Assembly: GCA_963422375.2 (NCBI GenBank)
Contig: OY729428.2
Span: 448,001 to 512,000, forward strand
Direction of reading: 5' to 3'
DNA length: 64,000 nucleotides
Source of the DNA: Bryobacterales bacterium
GTDB lineage: Bacteria > Acidobacteriota > Terriglobia > Bryobacterales > UBA6623
Part shown: in pieces, positions 62,449 through 64,000 of the stretch
How the letters are laid out: each line of letters opens with the position of its first letter
Position numbering within the stretch: the stretch's first letter is position 1
The notes under the pieces: model-generated
The model's database searches: none
What the model was told of the DNA's origin: nothing
What the model saw: the letters and a program-made list of their open reading frames with translations, nothing else
Position numbers and translations under genes: made by a program

Positions 62449-63696
62449 CTAGGCCCCGACAACGCCTGAAATGTCGATGAGGTGCAGTTGCCGACCGGTT
62501 CCGTCGTGCGGCGAGTCGATCACGACCTTCCTGGAGTCCGGGCTGAATCGGGGATGGTTGTCGCAGCGCCATTCGCCCCTGTACTCCGGGGGCGACAGGA
62601 AGTGGCCCAAGGGGACCCGCCGCCCGCTAGCCACTTCGTAGAGGTACGGGTGCTGGAAGCGGTCCTCGTCCGGGTAGGTGTCGTTGAGTATCCACCCGCC
62701 GCCCGGTAGGTACGTGCAGTGGCCGTTCAGCGGCATGACTGCCGGAGCCATCACCTCGACTTCCTCGGTACGGTCGCGAAACAGGTAGAACTTGCTCCCG
62801 CGAGACGGATGCCACGCCCAAGCCAGCACGTGCTCAGGGTCGCGCCAGATGAAGTGCGATGTCTTGCCGAAGGGATCGAGCACGTACGGGTCGGAGCCGT
62901 CGCTGCCGATCGTGAACATCCGCGTGCCGAAGCCCCCGGCGCTAGGATCGGGGTCGCGCCAGCGATGCAGGAATATCACGCGCGAGCCGTCGGGCGAAAC
63001 GAGCAGGTGGTTGAAATAGTGCTTCTTGCCTCCGGTGTCGCCGTGCGGATTCGGAATCGCCGCGGCCTGCGCGACCGAGATCAGCATCTCCCGCGCGCCC
63101 GAGACGAGGTCGACTCTCCAGATGCCCGTGTATTCCGGCGCCAGGACGCCGGCGTTGGGATCCGGGAGGCCGACGTAGCCGTACCCGGGCCGCGTGTCGT
63201 TCAACCGGCGGAAGTCCGCGCTGACGGCCCAGGACCCGTCCGGCCCCAAGGCGTAGACCGGTGCCGGGATCGTTCGGAGGGCCCCGCTCCTGACGTCGAG
63301 GATGCGGCTGACGTAGCCGTCTGCCTCCCGGTCGTTCCAGATGATCTCCGAATCGGAACCGGGTATCCACTGCAACATGCAGCCCTGCTGCCAGCACCAG
63401 GCAGCGCTGCTGCCGAGGTCGGTCCAGCGGTCCCCGTCCTCGATGTCGACCATGCCGATGCGGATCTCGTCGCCCGGACGGGGCGAGCGGTGCTCGAAGT
63501 CCACCTCCATCCCCAGGACCAAGCGGCTGCTCAGGTCAAACTCCAGCTTGTCGTAGTATCCGAACCAGTGGTGCTTCGGCCCGGACGTGATAGCCCGGAC
63601 CGGAGGCAGGCTCGAACCGGTCTCGCGACGGGCGCAGGCACCGGCCAGCGCGACCCCGGCCGTCCCGAGAAAGCCGCGCCGGGTGGTAGGATTCAT
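62449..63696 (-). CDS. Tat-exported beta-propeller (oligogalacturonate-lyase-like)
   Basis: TRRGFL, HHWFGYYDK, AWCWQQGCMLQW, HYFNHL, RCDNHPRFSPD. Confidence 0.7.
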   Translation of the reverse strand: MNPTTRRGFLGTAGVALAGACARRETGSSLPPVRAITSGPKHHWFGYYDKLEFDLSSRLVLGMEVDFEHRSPRPGDEIRIGMVDIEDGDRWTDLGSSAAWCWQQGCMLQWIPGSDSEIIWNDREADGYVSRILDVRSGALRTIPAPVYALGPDGSWAVSADFRRLNDTRPGYGYVGLPDPNAGVLAPEYTGIWRVDLVSGAREMLISVAQAAAIPNPHGDTGGKKHYFNHLLVSPDGSRVIFLHRWRDPDPSAGGFGTRMFTIGSDGSDPYVLDPFGKTSHFIWRDPEHVLAWAWHPSRGSKFYLFRDRTEEVEVMAPAVMPLNGHCTYLPGGGWILNDTYPDEDRFQHPYLYEVASGRRVPLGHFLSPPEYRGEWRCDNHPRFSPDSRKVVIDSPHDGTGRQLHLIDISGVVGA

Positions 63697-63794
63697 GCCT
63701 CGCACACTCTATCACTAGCTGTTCAAGCGGGACCGGGCAGCCGCCAGTTGCGCGGCTCCCCAGACCTATTGCACCGCTAGGCGGCCGTGCGCGT

Positions 63795-64000
63795 ATGCCC
63801 GAGCCCGAGCTAGACCGCCGGATCCGGATCAGGGCGATCGAGCACGTCGAAGCCTTGCAGCGGCGCTACAAGACGCTGACTTGGGACCGGATCGAGCGCG
63901 GACTCAACTTCGCCGTGGAGACCGTGCGGCTGCCCGCGCAGTCCAAGGGGATCTTCAAGCCGCGTTCAGGGACCGCGAGGAATTCGAATACGGGTTGGAG
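63795..64000 (+). CDS. Partial N-terminus of a putative HNH restriction-type endonuclease (runs off the window)
   Basis: MPEPELDRRIRIRAIEHVEAL...ERGLNF...KGIFKP resembles the N-terminus of a family of HNH nucleases. Not in the ORF track. Confidence 0.5.
   Translation, partial: MPEPELDRRIRIRAIEHVEALQRRYKTLTWDRIERGLNFAVETVRLPAQSKGIFKPRSGTARNSNTGW

Overview
GC-rich bacterial chromosome segment. The gene set (PVC-type CxxCH protein, Oar-like TonB-dependent receptors, DUF1592/DUF1552/ankyrin operon, UPF0182, Tat-exported sugar-acid enzymes) suggests Acidobacteriota; this is an inference. Intact genes: a CzcCBA-like RND efflux operon, a TolB-like propeller, two TonB-dependent receptors, UPF0182, a Gfo/Idh/MocA oxidoreductase, a secreted PHP-like hydrolase, Fic, a class IV aminotransferase, kdgD, and a DUF1592-DUF1552-ankyrin-receptor-dehydratase cluster. 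About 29.5-51.3 kb is a defence/mobile-element region. It holds an unannotated tnpB relic with a preserved right-end-like hairpin, a deleted AAA+ ATPase, a 70-bp palindromic tandem array ahead of Fic, IS1595 and ISNCY elements with intact ends and target duplications, and a co-oriented AddB-like nuclease / AddA-like helicase-nuclease / MmeI-like R-M trio. A silent second MmeI-like copy with a divergent specificity region lies downstream. Other structure: a 1.3-kb direct duplication bracketing a low-GC receptor gene, a ~300-bp dispersed non-coding repeat with an invariant palindromic core, and a strong A:T to G:C skew in transposase lesions. No rRNA, tRNA or CRISPR array was seen. All family calls are by motif recognition, without database searches.
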